Notes: generated by a model from the letters alone, not told the origin. Shown: positions 11,782 to 27,604, counted from the first letter of the stretch. The stretch is DNA of 46,940 nucleotides from an uncultured Succinatimonas sp. (GCA_900316175.1 ONCB01000001.1:1-46940), one strand, 5' to 3'. Numbers and translations are program-made.

Positions 11782-12065
11782 CTATTTGGATTCAGATTTA
11801 TCGATAACGCGGTAAAATTCTTCGTTTGGCTTTACCATGCCAAGTTCGGAACGTGCAAGCTCTTCAATAACGCGATTTCCCTGTTTCAAATCTGAAATCT
11901 CGTCTTCAAGAGCCTGATTGCGAAGCTCGTATTGTTTGGTCTTATTAGCGACATGTTCGAGCTTCGCCTGCATATGATCCTGCTGCACCACTCCATTTCT
12001 ACCAAAATAGACGTCATAGCTTAAATAGCCGATAACCAGAAGAAGAAGCAGTGCAAAAAGTTTCA

Positions 12066-12066
<1 letters not shown>
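11782..12066 (-). CDS. ftsB: Cell division protein FtsB
   Basis: One TM helix plus coiled coil, IEELARSELGMVKPNE; upstream of ispD. Confidence 0.93.
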
Positions 12067-16119
<4,053 letters not shown>

Positions 16120-16157
16120 TTTTCATCCTTAAAGCCTGAAGCATTGGCTTGGGCTTT

Positions 16158-17555
16158 TTAATCCATTAAGGAAAACTCTAAAACCATCTCGACATGAGTG
16201 GTTCTTGGGAACATATCGCAAACGCCCCATGATGTTATTTTATAACCACTGTTAACTAATTCAACAGCATCTCTTGATGCTGCCAGAGGATTGCATGAAA
16301 TAAGAACAATCTTTTTAACCTTATTATTTGAATTATCAGATTTATTTTTTGCTCTTTTGGCTAAAAATAAAGTTGCTCTTTTTGCACCGGAACGGCCAGG
16401 ATCCATTACTACCGCATCATAAGGAGCTTTAGCCCAGGTCTGATTTTCAAAAAGTTCTTCAAGATCTGCAACTTCAAAGGAGGCATTTGAAAGACCTGCA
16501 TTTTTTGCATTTTCTCTGGCATCCTCAATCATCTTGAAGACAATATCAACGCCAACTACACAAGCTCCGGCTTTTGCTATTGGCATGGCAAAGTTACCAA
16601 GACCGCAGAAAAGATCCATTACTCTAAGGCCAGGTGCTGGTTTAATCATATCAAGTACAGTAGAGAGCATCTTTTCGTTAATTTCACTGTTTACCTGTAC
16701 AAAAGATGATGGCTTGCAGTTAATTCTGACCCCGGCTGAAGTGATATATAAATCCTCCATAGATCCTGCAACAAAACGCTCTCGGGTAGTTTCAACCTTT
16801 GAGATTTCACGTTTATCCTTGTATGGCTCAATTACAGAAATAACAAGGTCATTTTCCTTTCCAAACTCTCTTAATTTGTTCTCATCAGCCTCAGGAAGAG
16901 CAACTGTTATTCTAAAGAGAATTGCAAGAGCTCCGTCTGAATCTAAAAACTCAACATGGCCAACCTTATCTTTTACAGAAAGTGTATTTAAAAGCCTGTT
17001 TACAGGCACAATGAATTTATTGATTCTGTCTGTTAAGGTTACACAACTCTCAACCCTTACAAGTGCATGGCTCTTTTCCTGTCTGTAACCTAAATAGAGC
17101 TTGCCATGATCTCCTCTTACAGCAAAACGACAGGCTCTGCGGTAATGAGTGCTGTTACCTGAATGAACAAAGGATGGTCTTCCTATATCCTGGTTAATGG
17201 ATTTTGAAAACAGACGGATAATTCCTTCAACTTTTGAGTTAATCAGCATGTCTGAAGGTACATGCTGCATAGAACAGCCTCCGCAGGTTCCACTTACAGG
17301 ACAGTCACTTTCGAGTCGGTTTTCTGCTCTTTTTATAATCTTGGTGATCTTTGCATTTACAATACGCTGTTTTTTAAGATCAACATCAGGACTTACCTGA
17401 ACATTTGCAACTTCTGTTGGCATCAGACCATCGACAAAATAGACCTTATCACCTTCTTTGGCGACGCCTCTGCCCTGCAGATCAAGATCTGTACAGGTAA
17501 CCTTTACGGCTTTTGGTGCCTTATCTTTTTTAGCGGGTTTGTAAAAAGTAACCAT
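16158..17555 (-). CDS. rlmD: 23S rRNA m5U1939 methyltransferase
   Basis: TRAM domain, CPVSGTCGGC Fe-S motif, DLFCGLGNF, DPGRSG, ISCNP, DMFPRTTHVE. Confidence 0.93.
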   Translation of the reverse strand: MVTFYKPAKKDKAPKAVKVTCTDLDLQGRGVAKEGDKVYFVDGLMPTEVANVQVSPDVDLKKQRIVNAKITKIIKRAENRLESDCPVSGTCGGCSMQHVPSDMLINSKVEGIIRLFSKSINQDIGRPSFVHSGNSTHYRRACRFAVRGDHGKLYLGYRQEKSHALVRVESCVTLTDRINKFIVPVNRLLNTLSVKDKVGHVEFLDSDGALAILFRITVALPEADENKLREFGKENDLVISVIEPYKDKREISKVETTRERFVAGSMEDLYITSAGVRINCKPSSFVQVNSEINEKMLSTVLDMIKPAPGLRVMDLFCGLGNFAMPIAKAGACVVGVDIVFKMIEDARENAKNAGLSNASFEVADLEELFENQTWAKAPYDAVVMDPGRSGAKRATLFLAKRAKNKSDNSNNKVKKIVLISCNPLAASRDAVELVNSGYKITSWGVCDMFPRTTHVEMVLEFSLMD

Positions 17556-17557
17556 TA

Positions 17558-18304
17558 TTATTTCACCGTTAAATATTGAGCATAAAGTTCTCTGCTTTGC
17601 AGAGCTTTGCCGTTTAATAGAGAGTCGATGACAGTTTTATTAAGTGTCTTTAATAAACTTAACTTACTTTTATCAAAATAAGAATCAGTCTCTAAAGCAC
17701 CATGAGCTCTGGTATTAAGGTACTGTTTAAGTTCAATCAGGTCGCATCCTTTAAAAGTATAGGACTCATGGAGATTATCAAGCACAAAACCATGGTTTAA
17801 GGAGTAAAAATAATGCTCGTTTCCATCAAGCTCACTACCATCAGCACATTCATAATTAATTGAATAACCAAGACTTTCAATTAAATCAGCCTCAAAATCT
17901 CTTAAAATCAGAGCTTCACTGTCACTTCCTTCAAGACGTTCTAGAGTTTTAATATAGGAGGCAAACAGTTTCGGATCCGACTCTGTTACCTTTACAAGGT
18001 TCATCATCAGCTCATTTGCATAAATTGCACTGAACAGTCTTGGAATTTCAAAATGAAATGCCGGCCTTTGCAGATAGGCTTCCTTAAGAGAAAAAAGGGA
18101 ACTTTTTCCTTTGGACAATGATAGCTTTAAAAGAGCATAGGGCTGATATATTCCACGAGCTCTTGAAGAGACCTTTTTGGAGATCCTTGCAACAGCACTG
18201 ATGCGTCCATAGTTAAGCGTGTAAAGCTCAACTAACAGAGAGTTTTCCTGATAGGGTCTGGTATGCAGAATAACACCAGGCTCTGAATCTATACTAAGCC
18301 CCAT
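17558..18304 (-). CDS. recO: DNA repair protein RecO
   Basis: ILHTRPYQENSLLVELYT..YGRI, YANEL, LRDFE, LQSREL; follows era. Confidence 0.92.
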   Translation of the reverse strand: MGLSIDSEPGVILHTRPYQENSLLVELYTLNYGRISAVARISKKVSSRARGIYQPYALLKLSLSKGKSSLFSLKEAYLQRPAFHFEIPRLFSAIYANELMMNLVKVTESDPKLFASYIKTLERLEGSDSEALILRDFEADLIESLGYSINYECADGSELDGNEHYFYSLNHGFVLDNLHESYTFKGCDLIELKQYLNTRAHGALETDSYFDKSKLSLLKTLNKTVIDSLLNGKALQSRELYAQYLTVK

Positions 18305-19197
18305 TAACTTGTAAAATCGTCGTAGCCCAAACTCTTTAAAGCTCTGGCATCATCAGACCAGCCAGCCTTAACCTTAACAAAAAGACGGAGGAAAACCTTA
18401 TTATCAAACAGCTTTTCCATGTCCTTTCTAGCTTCAGTTCCGATCATCTTGATACGGCTTCCGCCTGCGCCAACCACCATCTTTTTCTGACCGTCGCGTT
18501 CAACTAAAATTGCAGCAGAAATTCTTAAAAGCTTCTCTTCTTCCTTGAATTCCTCAATTTCTACAGTTGACTCATATGGAAGTTCATCTCCCATCTGACG
18601 CATCAGTTTTTCGCGCACAATTTCAGCTGCAAGGAATCTTGAAGAGCGATCGGTAATACTGTCATCAGGGAACATATGGTCACCTTCTGGCAGAGCATCA
18701 TGAATCAGCTGCTTTAAGATATGCAGATTGGTACCGCGCAAAGCTGATACCGGAACAATATCCTTAAAGGTAATAGACTTTGAAAGACGGTCAATTAAAG
18801 GCAGCAGAGTTTCCTTGTCAGCAATGGTATCAACCTTGTTGATTACCAGAACAACAGGAGCACCTGACTGCTTTACTCTATGAAAAGCCATCTCATCATC
18901 ATCAGTCCATCGGTTAGGATCGATTACCATCAGCACCAGCTCCACATCACCTAAAGCACTTTCAGCAGCTCTGTTCATCAGATGATTGATTGCTTTCTTC
19001 TCCTCACGATGAAGACCAGGAGTATCAACATAAACTGCCTGATATTCGCCTTCAGTATCGATACCCATCACACGATTGCGGGTAGTCTGTGGCTTTCTTG
19101 AAGTAATAGAGATTTTCTGACCGATAAGGTGGTTCATCAAAGTTGATTTACCAACATTAGGTCTGCCGATAATAGCTACAAAACCAAAATGATTCAT
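18304..19197 (-). CDS. era: GTPase Era
   Basis: [27 protein letters not shown] domain. Confidence 0.99.
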   Translation of the reverse strand: MNHFGFVAIIGRPNVGKSTLMNHLIGQKISITSRKPQTTRNRVMGIDTEGEYQAVYVDTPGLHREEKKAINHLMNRAAESALGDVELVLMVIDPNRWTDDDEMAFHRVKQSGAPVVLVINKVDTIADKETLLPLIDRLSKSITFKDIVPVSALRGTNLHILKQLIHDALPEGDHMFPDDSITDRSSRFLAAEIVREKLMRQMGDELPYESTVEIEEFKEEEKLLRISAAILVERDGQKKMVVGAGGSRIKMIGTEARKDMEKLFDNKVFLRLFVKVKAGWSDDARALKSLGYDDFTS

Positions 19198-19208
19198 ATT
19201 TACTCCGA

Positions 19209-19913
19209 CTACTTCTTTGAATGTTCTTTTAAGTACTCAAGTACCAAGCCTGCGGCCTTCTGCTCCGCCTTGCGACGGGACGGGCCCTCACCGGTCATGG
19301 CAGGAACTCCGGTTACGGTTGCAGAAACCACAAAGATCTGATCATTGTCAGAGCCCTTTATATTTTCCACCTTGTAAACAGGCAAAGGCTTGTGCATTGA
19401 CTGTAAAAGTTCCTGCAGAGTTGATTTGTGATCTTTCTGATTAACATCAGGTTTGATGGTTTCAAGTCTTGAAGCGAACCACTTAAGCACAATCTGACGC
19501 ACATGAGCAAAGTCTTCATTGGTGTCAATAAACATGGCACCGATGATTGATTCAACCGCATCTGCAATCAGAGAGTCACGGCGAAAACCGCCAGTCTTAA
19601 GTTCTCCTGGCCCTAATCTTAAACAGTTACCGATTCCAAATTCTCTTGCCATCTCAGCTAAAGTAGTTTCACGAACCAGAGTCGAACGCATTCTGGTTAA
19701 ATCGCCTTCAGGGCACTTTGGGAATCTGTCATAGAGATCTTTTGCGATGACCATACCCAAAATGGAATCCCCAAGATACTCAAGGCGCTCATTGTGTACT
19801 GAGCCATAGCTTCTGTGTGTTAATGCCTGATCCAGAAGCGCAATATTCTGGAATGCATAGCCTAATCTTAATTCAAGATTCTGCAGTTCCATTACATTGA
19901 ATTTATCAGCCAT
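19209..19913 (-). CDS. rnc: Ribonuclease III
   Basis: [16 protein letters not shown] signature, C-terminal dsRBD. Confidence 0.98.
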   Translation of the reverse strand: MADKFNVMELQNLELRLGYAFQNIALLDQALTHRSYGSVHNERLEYLGDSILGMVIAKDLYDRFPKCPEGDLTRMRSTLVRETTLAEMAREFGIGNCLRLGPGELKTGGFRRDSLIADAVESIIGAMFIDTNEDFAHVRQIVLKWFASRLETIKPDVNQKDHKSTLQELLQSMHKPLPVYKVENIKGSDNDQIFVVSATVTGVPAMTGEGPSRRKAEQKAAGLVLEYLKEHSKK

Positions 19914-19915
19914 CT

Positions 19916-20845
19916 TTAATCAATACCGCCGATTCTGTCAAAACGAACTGCTGATGGGATCCAGGTTGGAAGCGCATCATCGCTCTTACGGTTAAATTCT
20001 AAAGAAAGCCATATGCCCTTGGTCTTTCCCACAATATTCTCAAAAGGAACAAAGCCCCAGAAACGTGAATCAGCGCTGTGGTCACGATTATCGCCCATTA
20101 CAAAGTAACAGTTCTCTGGAACCTTGAAGTGACCTTCTGGTGTGCCGCCGATTGGAAGTCTGGCTGCATTAGGATCAATTAAAACCTTATGAGTACCGAT
20201 ACCTTCAAAAGTCTCAGCGTACTGTTCATAACTCTCATCAAAACCCATCATGGTTTCATAGCTCTTGGTACCGTCTCGCTGCATGGTGATAAGCTCAGGA
20301 ACGGCATCTTCAGGAGCATCAGCCTTTAAAAGGTATAAATGCTTGTCCTGATAAATAACAGTATCGCCAGGAAGACCAATCACGCGCTTAATGTAATCAG
20401 TGGTCTTATCTTTTGGATACTTGAACACAATTACATCGCCACGTTCCGGTGCTGATGTATCAATAAGCACGTTGTTTGTAAGCGGATTGCGAATACCGTA
20501 GCTTAACTTTGAAACTACAATAAAATCACCTGGCTCCAAAGTTGGCTGCATAGATCCGGAAGGAATTCTGAAAGGTTCAACAATGAATGATCTGAAGATG
20601 AAGACAAATAAAATCACTGTAAACAGAGAACCTGCCTGACCTACTATGGTATTTGGCTCAAGCATCTTCTTGCACTCTTTTTTAGAAAGAGGCTTATTCT
20701 GCTCTGAAGCAGCCTTTTTAGCACCTTCTAAAACCTGCTTTCTCTTTGGCAGGAGCACCTTTGTGTCATACACATAAGCTACACCAGTGATTACTGTTGC
20801 TAAAAGAAGGATCCATGCAAACAGATTTTCAAAAACTGCATCCAT
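19916..20845 (-). CDS. lepB: Signal peptidase I
   Basis: EPFRIPSGSM, DYIKRVIGLPGD, GDNRDHSADSRFWG. Confidence 0.98.
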   Translation of the reverse strand: MDAVFENLFAWILLLATVITGVAYVYDTKVLLPKRKQVLEGAKKAASEQNKPLSKKECKKMLEPNTIVGQAGSLFTVILFVFIFRSFIVEPFRIPSGSMQPTLEPGDFIVVSKLSYGIRNPLTNNVLIDTSAPERGDVIVFKYPKDKTTDYIKRVIGLPGDTVIYQDKHLYLLKADAPEDAVPELITMQRDGTKSYETMMGFDESYEQYAETFEGIGTHKVLIDPNAARLPIGGTPEGHFKVPENCYFVMGDNRDHSADSRFWGFVPFENIVGKTKGIWLSLEFNRKSDDALPTWIPSAVRFDRIGGID

Positions 20846-20849
20846 AATC

Positions 20850-22661
20850 TTATTCCTTACCTACCTTTAAAATTGCCAGGAATGCATCCTGTGGAACTTC
20901 CACCTTACCAAGCTGCTTCATACGCTTCTTACCAGCCTTCTGCTTTTCAAGAAGCTTTCTCTTACGGGTTATATCACCACCGTAACACTTGGCCAGCACG
21001 TCTTTACGCAGTGCCTTTACAGTACATCTTGCGATAATCTGAGAACCGATGGCAGCCTGAATTGCGATATCAAACATCTGACGGGGAATTACTTCCTTCA
21101 TCTTCTCGACAACGGCTCTACCGCGGGACTGAGCAACAGAACGGTGCAGAATAATAGCCAGAGCATCCACTCGCTCTGAAGCAATTAAAATATCCATTCT
21201 GATTAAGTCATCGGTGTTAAAACGCTTGAAGCTGTAATCAAGTGAAGCATAGCCACGGGAAGCTGACTTGATTCTGTCAAAAAAGTCTAAAACCACTTCA
21301 GACATTGGAATATCATAGGTTAAAGCAACCTGCTGAGCGTGATACTCAAGACCTACCTGAATACCACGTTTCTCCTGACAGATCTTCATAATAGGACCGA
21401 CATACTCAGGAGGCATAAGCATACGGCATTCTGCAATCGGCTCACGAATTTCAGCGATATTTGAAATTGGAGGAAGATTTGCAGGAGAATCAATATGAAT
21501 GATTTCGCCGTCAGTCTTTAAGATCTCATAAACTACTGTTGGAGCGGTGGTAATGAGATTTAAGTTATACTCGCGCTCTAATCGCTCCTGAATGATCTCC
21601 ATGTGCAGCATGCCTAAGAAGCCGCAGCGGAAACCGAAACCTAAAGCCTTTGAGTTTTCTGGTTCAAAGAACAGTGAAGCATCATTAAGAGATAATTTCT
21701 CTAATGCCTCTCTAAAGGCGTTATAGTCCTCGGTATCAACCGGGAACATACCTGCGTAAACCTGAGGCTTTACCTTCTGAAAACCAGGAAGAGGTTCTGT
21801 TGCTGCAGGCTTTACGTGAGTGATGGTATCACCTACAGGTGCAGCATGGACTGACTTGATATCACATACAACCCAGCCTACTTCACCGCAGTTTAATACA
21901 TCCACTCTTACTCTCTTAGGAGTTGAAATACCAAGATTCTCAACTTCCCATGAAGTGCCAACAGACATAACCTTAATCTTGTCATGACGGCGCAGAGTAC
22001 CATTTTTAACTCGAACCAGAGCAACCACACCAAGATAGTCATCAAAATATGAATCGATGATAAGAGCCTGCAGCGGACCGTCCGGATCACCTTCAGGAGC
22101 TGGAATTGAGGTTACAATTCTCTCTAATACATCATCTACACCTACACCGGTCTTTGCTGAACACTTGCATGCATCCTGAGCCTCAATACCGATAAGATCT
22201 TCAATTTCATCGATAGCTCTCTGTGGATCTGCAGAAGGAAGATCAATCTTGTTTAATACAGGAATAACCTCTAAATCAAGATTAACAGCCTGATAGCAGT
22301 TGGCCAGAGTCTGAGCTTCTACCCCCTGACTTGCATCAACAACTAAAAGCGCACCTTCGCAGGCAAATAAAGAACGGGATACCTCGTATGAAAAGTCCAC
22401 ATGACCTGGGGTATCGATGAAATTAAGCTCGTAGGTTTTGCCGTCTCTTGCCTTGTACTTTAAAGTAACAGCCTGAGCTTTAATGGTAATTCCTCTTTCA
22501 CGCTCAATGTCCATATTGTCTAAAACCTGAGCGGTCATTTCACGATCTGATAAGCCGCCGCACATCTGAATGAATCTGTCAGACAGTGTAGATTTACCAT
22601 GATCAATGTGTGCAATCACAGAGAAATTTCTCACTAAAGAGCGATCAAAAACTTCTGCCAT
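20850..22661 (-). CDS. lepA: Elongation factor 4 (LepA)
   Basis: [42 protein letters not shown]. Confidence 0.99.
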   Translation of the reverse strand: MAEVFDRSLVRNFSVIAHIDHGKSTLSDRFIQMCGGLSDREMTAQVLDNMDIERERGITIKAQAVTLKYKARDGKTYELNFIDTPGHVDFSYEVSRSLFACEGALLVVDASQGVEAQTLANCYQAVNLDLEVIPVLNKIDLPSADPQRAIDEIEDLIGIEAQDACKCSAKTGVGVDDVLERIVTSIPAPEGDPDGPLQALIIDSYFDDYLGVVALVRVKNGTLRRHDKIKVMSVGTSWEVENLGISTPKRVRVDVLNCGEVGWVVCDIKSVHAAPVGDTITHVKPAATEPLPGFQKVKPQVYAGMFPVDTEDYNAFREALEKLSLNDASLFFEPENSKALGFGFRCGFLGMLHMEIIQERLEREYNLNLITTAPTVVYEILKTDGEIIHIDSPANLPPISNIAEIREPIAECRMLMPPEYVGPIMKICQEKRGIQVGLEYHAQQVALTYDIPMSEVVLDFFDRIKSASRGYASLDYSFKRFNTDDLIRMDILIASERVDALAIILHRSVAQSRGRAVVEKMKEVIPRQMFDIAIQAAIGSQIIARCTVKALRKDVLAKCYGGDITRKRKLLEKQKAGKKRMKQLGKVEVPQDAFLAILKVGKE

Positions 22662-23254
22662 ATAATTCCTAAAATAAGCCTGTTTAATACAAATTGAGTG
22701 TTTTGGGAATATACAATATGAGTTCCTAAAACTGTTAGATATTTTATCAGTTTACATCGTATTTTTAAACGAAAATCGTTAGGCCAGACTTCTATTTTTC
22801 AATCAGAAAATCTGATGTGTAAAAGCGTATTTATAGAAAATAATTTATCTTTATAATCAACATGTAAAATCAGATCATTACTTAAATAAATCTTTCTTTT
22901 TCATAATCTCAAGCCTCTGAGGCTCAATAAAAAGTTCTGTAACACCATTGAGCTGAAAATAAAAAGTTTTTCCTGTCACTTTTTTGCAGGTAACATCTTT
23001 TAGAATTTCATCATCGCATTCAAAGCTGTTAGGACACAAACAAGCCTCATATTCAGTATTTCAGACTAAATTTTCATCAGAAATCAAATCTGTCTGAAAA
23101 GGTAGTCTGTACAAAGAATTTCGTTTAAAACAGATTTGAAACAGAAGATGATCATGACCTGTTATAAAAAACAGATTATCAATACAGACAAGCAATGCCT
23201 GTTATCACCTGAATGATAAGTAGAGTTGTTAATATAATCATGACAAAAGCATAA

Positions 23255-23280
23255 CAGGTCAGAGCCTGTGCTCTAACCTG
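23255..23280 (-). terminator. Probable terminator of rpoE-rseA-rseB
   Basis: Minus strand CAGGTTAGAGC-acag-GCTCTGACCTG followed by TTATGCTTTT. Confidence 0.65.
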
Positions 23281-23297
23281 AATACAGATTATCAGCG

Positions 23298-24236
23298 TTA
23301 CTTAGGCAGGATCTTGGATAAAACGAGCATAGACAACTCAAGCGGAATTTCACCTACAACTGCATATTCATAATTATCCTTTGCAGCTCTGAAAACTGTA
23401 AGTGTACCGTCAGTTGCGGTTGGAACAGATACTGCGGTTTTGGTGTTTCTGTATACTCTGAAACTTACAAGACCGTCAGAAAACTCCTGATAGGAGATAT
23501 TCTTGCCGTCAGGAAATTTCTGGGTTGAAGTTGCCTTGATTTTAAAATTGGATGGAATTGTAAGCTCTCGCCAGACCATACTTGAAGATGAAACCCTCTT
23601 TGGAGAGAGCTTTTCAACTCTGTCAAAGGTCTCATCAGTAAGTGAATACTTATCTGAACTGCCAGCATGCACTGCAGTTACAGTAAATTTTGCTCTTACA
23701 ATCTGTTTAGGAGAAACCACTGCCAGTTCAACAGGAAGAGATGTATCTTCATCACGGGCAACAACAAAACTGTAACGCATCTCATCTACTGGAGACAGTC
23801 TCATCATGGCAACCAGACGACCTGCCAGTCTGGTACGTCCAAGCATGGTACATTCATATCCTTCAAGTCTGGTCTTATCTGAGAAAAGTTTGTCCCAGAT
23901 TAGAGTCTGATGCCATGAAAGAATACCAATGAAAGACTGACTGTGGTTGAAATCAAAGCCCTTTCCGTTACGCAGAGCATATCCTTCAACTTCATTGTTC
24001 AGCGTTTTCCAGGTGCTGTAGGAAATTCCATTAACAGATGCATGATCTAAGGAAAATGGCTCAACATTTAAAGATGCAGAGTCTATTACTGTAGCCTCAA
24101 AGTTACTCTTTGAATAGGCTTTCTGGACAGAAGCAAAATCGACCATACACTGATCGGCTGCAGCTGATGGAGATGTATTAAAAAATAAAACCGCAATGAC
24201 GGCTGCCACAGCGGTTTTTGTAAAATTCATTTTCAT
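23298..24236 (-). CDS. rseB: Sigma-E regulatory protein RseB/MucB (divergent)
   Basis: Signal peptide, GRTRLAGR, RYSF, FSDGLVSFRVY, VVGEIP motifs; follows rseA. Confidence 0.85.
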   Translation of the reverse strand: MKMNFTKTAVAAVIAVLFFNTSPSAAADQCMVDFASVQKAYSKSNFEATVIDSASLNVEPFSLDHASVNGISYSTWKTLNNEVEGYALRNGKGFDFNHSQSFIGILSWHQTLIWDKLFSDKTRLEGYECTMLGRTRLAGRLVAMMRLSPVDEMRYSFVVARDEDTSLPVELAVVSPKQIVRAKFTVTAVHAGSSDKYSLTDETFDRVEKLSPKRVSSSSMVWRELTIPSNFKIKATSTQKFPDGKNISYQEFSDGLVSFRVYRNTKTAVSVPTATDGTLTVFRAAKDNYEYAVVGEIPLELSMLVLSKILPK

Positions 24237-24244
24237 AGTTCTTA

Positions 24245-24853
24245 CTAATTAGCGGCAGTATCGAATATATAACCTCTAATGTAATTGTTAATGCGTTCAA
24301 CTTCAAGCTGTTGCTGCTTTTTAATCTCAGCATCGTTAAGCTTGGCAGAATTTTCTTTCTTTACAGAATGTTTTTCATCTGCAACAGTCACTGGATTTGC
24401 TTTTTGTGATGAGTAGCTTGCAAGAGACACATCGCTGATGCTGCCTAAGGTTGCTGCAGTTGACTCTGAAAGAGAATCATCTACATTCATAACCTGATAA
24501 CCAATGATGGTAACAGCTGCAACTGAAGCTGCCAAAGCGGCCTGGGTAAGACCAAAACCAATCTTCTTGAAGGCAAACTTAATGGTTTCAAAGGCTGAGG
24601 TCTGAATTTCAGCCTGATCATCTAATACTTTTTCAGGAACGATATTTTCTTTTTCAATCTGAGCCATAACAGAGGATGCTATGGAAAGATTTACTTCTTT
24701 TGGAAGATCGTTGCGTAATGCGGCACCGATAAGTGCAAAATCCTCTAACTGAGATTTATCTTCAGCATTAAGCTCAATATTTTCTGGTAAATTCTCGCCA
24801 TCAAAAAGAGCACTGTTGAGTTCTGCTCTTTCTAACTGTTCTGAATTCATCAT
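24245..24853 (-). CDS. rseA: Anti-sigma factor RseA
   Basis: SALFDGE, LIGAALR, single TM helix, QQQ..ERIN tail; follows rpoE. Start placed behind the AGGAG SD. Confidence 0.88.
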   Translation of the reverse strand: MMNSEQLERAELNSALFDGENLPENIELNAEDKSQLEDFALIGAALRNDLPKEVNLSIASSVMAQIEKENIVPEKVLDDQAEIQTSAFETIKFAFKKIGFGLTQAALAASVAAVTIIGYQVMNVDDSLSESTAATLGSISDVSLASYSSQKANPVTVADEKHSVKKENSAKLNDAEIKKQQQLEVERINNYIRGYIFDTAAN

Positions 24854-24877
24854 ACTTACTCCTGATACTTGCAAAGT

Positions 24878-25465
24878 TTACAGCTTTTTCATTCTCTCTT
24901 CGATAAACTGTCGGGCTCTGAAGATTCTTGAACGTACCGTTCCAACTGGAACCTTCATCAGATCTGCCATATCCTCATATGACATTCCTTCAACTTCTCT
25001 TAAGGTAATTGCCTGACGCAGTTCCTCTGGAAGTTCAGCCATCGCATCGAAGATAACCTGCTGTAATTCTTGCGATTCTATAATTCTATCTGGCGTATCC
25101 TTGTAGGTTAACGCACCCTGCTTATCCACACTTTCAAACTCTTCAGCATCCACATCAAGATGATTCTGATGCTTTGAATTTGACTCCAGGTATGTCTTAG
25201 CGGCGTTTACCACAATCCTGTACAGCCAGGTGTAAAAAGAGCTTTCTCCGCGAAAAGTATTTATTGCCTTATACGCTTTGATAAAGGACTCCTGGGCTAC
25301 ATCTGAAGCATCTGCACTGTTTCCGACAAATTTTGAAATAATCTGCAGTACCTTGTGCTGATACTTTATTACCAGGATGTTGTAGGCATTTACATCGCCC
25401 TCCTGCACCCTCTTTACGATGGCTTCATCAGAAGAAGCTAATTTTTTATCGTTCAGGGATGACAT
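24878..25465 (-). CDS. rpoE: ECF sigma factor RpoE
   Basis: DVAQESFIKAY, FRGESSFYTWLYRI, PVGTVRSRIFRAR; divergent from nadB. Confidence 0.97.
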   Translation of the reverse strand: MSSLNDKKLASSDEAIVKRVQEGDVNAYNILVIKYQHKVLQIISKFVGNSADASDVAQESFIKAYKAINTFRGESSFYTWLYRIVVNAAKTYLESNSKHQNHLDVDAEEFESVDKQGALTYKDTPDRIIESQELQQVIFDAMAELPEELRQAITLREVEGMSYEDMADLMKVPVGTVRSRIFRARQFIEERMKKL

Positions 25466-25486
25466 CCTTTATGCACCTTTTAACTA

Positions 25487-25513
25487 TTTGACCTTGAGTT
25501 TTTAAAAAAGTTC
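25487..25513 (-). promoter_or_regulatory. Sigma-E autoregulatory promoter of rpoE
   Basis: Minus strand GAACTT-N16-TCAAA, matching the sigmaE consensus, 21 nt upstream of the ATG. Confidence 0.85.
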
Positions 25514-25972
25514 AAAAATTTTTTTATATTTTAAAAAATATTTCAAAAAAGACTGTTTTTCTTTTTTCTATTATACATTAGAGAGCACTTGGCAAAAAAA
25601 TATTAAACGCACAATTTTGAAAAATATGAATAAATATTCATCTAAAACCGATGTACAAAATTCTCAAAAAAATATTAATCACAGCTCTTTTCAGCATTAT
25701 TTTTATAAACAGGAATTACAGAATTTTATCTTCCTCACAGACTGAAAAATACTCAATTGTGAAAAAAAGACAAAAAATTTCTAATACATGCTGTCTTTCT
25801 GGAAAGCACCATAAACGATCTTTATCTCAAAATTAGTCAAAGTTTAAAGATAGGAGTAAAATAAACATCAGTTTTAATGTTGTGGAGATATAGCCTGTCG
25901 GCATTATCCCCATGATATTTGAAAAAAGCGCTTTCCATATTTGGTCGTATATCGTAACAGGTACATATATAT

Positions 25973-27586
25973 ATGAATCACACAGCTGATGTTCTGGTTA
26001 TCGGTTCAGGTGCAGCAGGTCTTACCCTGGCACTTGGCATTGCTGATAAGGCTAAGGTTATCGTTCTTTCAAAAGAGAACGCCTGTGCAGGCTCAACCAA
26101 CTATGCTCAGGGCGGTATTGCAGGTGTTTACAACATTAAGGATGATGACGACAGTATCGCAGCCCATGTTAAAGATACATGCATTGCAGGCGGCTTTCTG
26201 TGTGATGAGAAGACTGTAGATTATGTTGCAAAAAATGCACATGACGCCATTCAGTGGCTTATCGATGCAGGCGTTCCATTTGATACCAAGGAAGAGGCTG
26301 TAGGTGAAGATCAGTCTCCATATCACCTTCACCGAGAGGGTGGCCACTCACACAGAAGAATTTTCCACGCCGAGGATCATACCGGTAAATCAATTCAGGA
26401 AACACTGGTAGAAAGAGCAAAAGAGCATAAAAACATCACTCTTCTAGAAGGCTACAATGCCATTGATCTTATCACTACCAGAAAATTAGGACTGGTAGGC
26501 AACAAGGTTGTAGGAGCCTATGTTTTAAATACCAAAACCAACCATGTTGAAACCATCAAAGCAAACTTTATTGCTCTTTGCACCGGCGGTGCCTCAAAGG
26601 TATATCAGTATACCTGCAACCCAGAAGTAAGCTCAGGTGACGGTATTGCCATGGCCTACAGAGCAGGATGCCGTGTAGCCAACATGGAGTTTAACCAGTT
26701 CCACCCTACCACCCTTTACTGCGATGCTGACAGAAACTTCCTGTTGACCGAAGCGCTGCGCGGTGAAGGAGCTCAGTTAAAGCGTCCTGACGGCACCAGA
26801 TTTATGAAGGATTATGATGAGCGTCTTGAACTTGCTCCTCGCGACATCGTTGCAAGAGCCATCGATCATGAGATGAAGAGATTAGGCGCTGACTGCATGT
26901 ACCTTGATATCTCCTTTAAAGATGAAGAATTCTTAAAGAAACACTTCCCTACTATCTATGAGCGCTGTCTGAAGGTTGGCATTGATATTACAAAACAGCC
27001 AATTCCTGTAGTTCCAGCAGCTCATTTCAGCTGTGGTGGCATCATGGTAGACAGCAAGGCAAGAACCGATATTCAGGGTCTGTATGCTGTAGGTGAATGT
27101 GCCTATACCGGTTTACACGGTGCAAACCGTCTTGCATCAAACTCTCTTTTAGAGTGTGTAGTTTACGGTAAGGCTGCAGCTCAGAACATCTTAAAGCACT
27201 TAGAAGATGAGGAAGAGCAGGAAATCACTATTCCAGACTGGGATGAAAGCCAGGTAACAAACTCTGATGAGGAAGTTATCATCACCCATAACTGGCATGA
27301 GTTAAGACTGACAATGTGGGACTATGTCGGTATCGTAAGAACCAACAAGCGTCTTGAAAGAGCAATGCACCGTATTGAGATGCTTAAGAAGGAAGTTAAT
27401 GAGTACTACTCAAACTTCAGAGTCTCAAGAAACCTTTTAGAGCTTAGAAACCTCCTGGATGTTGCAGAAATTATTGTTAAGTCTGCAATGATGAGAAAGG
27501 AATCAAGAGGTCTTCACTACAACATCGACTATCCAGACACTCTTGAAAAGTCAGGACCTACCATTCTGATGCCAAAATCAAACTAG
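25973..27586 (+). CDS. nadB: L-aspartate oxidase
   Basis: [47 protein letters not shown]. Confidence 0.98.
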   Translation: MNHTADVLVIGSGAAGLTLALGIADKAKVIVLSKENACAGSTNYAQGGIAGVYNIKDDDDSIAAHVKDTCIAGGFLCDEKTVDYVAKNAHDAIQWLIDAGVPFDTKEEAVGEDQSPYHLHREGGHSHRRIFHAEDHTGKSIQETLVERAKEHKNITLLEGYNAIDLITTRKLGLVGNKVVGAYVLNTKTNHVETIKANFIALCTGGASKVYQYTCNPEVSSGDGIAMAYRAGCRVANMEFNQFHPTTLYCDADRNFLLTEALRGEGAQLKRPDGTRFMKDYDERLELAPRDIVARAIDHEMKRLGADCMYLDISFKDEEFLKKHFPTIYERCLKVGIDITKQPIPVVPAAHFSCGGIMVDSKARTDIQGLYAVGECAYTGLHGANRLASNSLLECVVYGKAAAQNILKHLEDEEEQEITIPDWDESQVTNSDEEVIITHNWHELRLTMWDYVGIVRTNKRLERAMHRIEMLKKEVNEYYSNFRVSRNLLELRNLLDVAEIIVKSAMMRKESRGLHYNIDYPDTLEKSGPTILMPKSN

Positions 27587-27604
27587 CAGCAGAACAATTT
27601 TTAT

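Noticed and set aside
23061-23063. Selenocysteine recoding of the in-frame TGA
   Set aside because: No evident SECIS hairpin, no redox motif context and no convincing start or SD upstream.
22662-23297. CsrB-like sRNA or CRISPR array in the rseB-lepA gap
   Set aside because: No repeated GGA hairpins and no regularly spaced direct repeats.
25651-25836. 61-aa ORF in the rpoE-nadB intergenic region
   Set aside because: No SD, very AT-rich low-complexity sequence, no motif. Likely promoter DNA.
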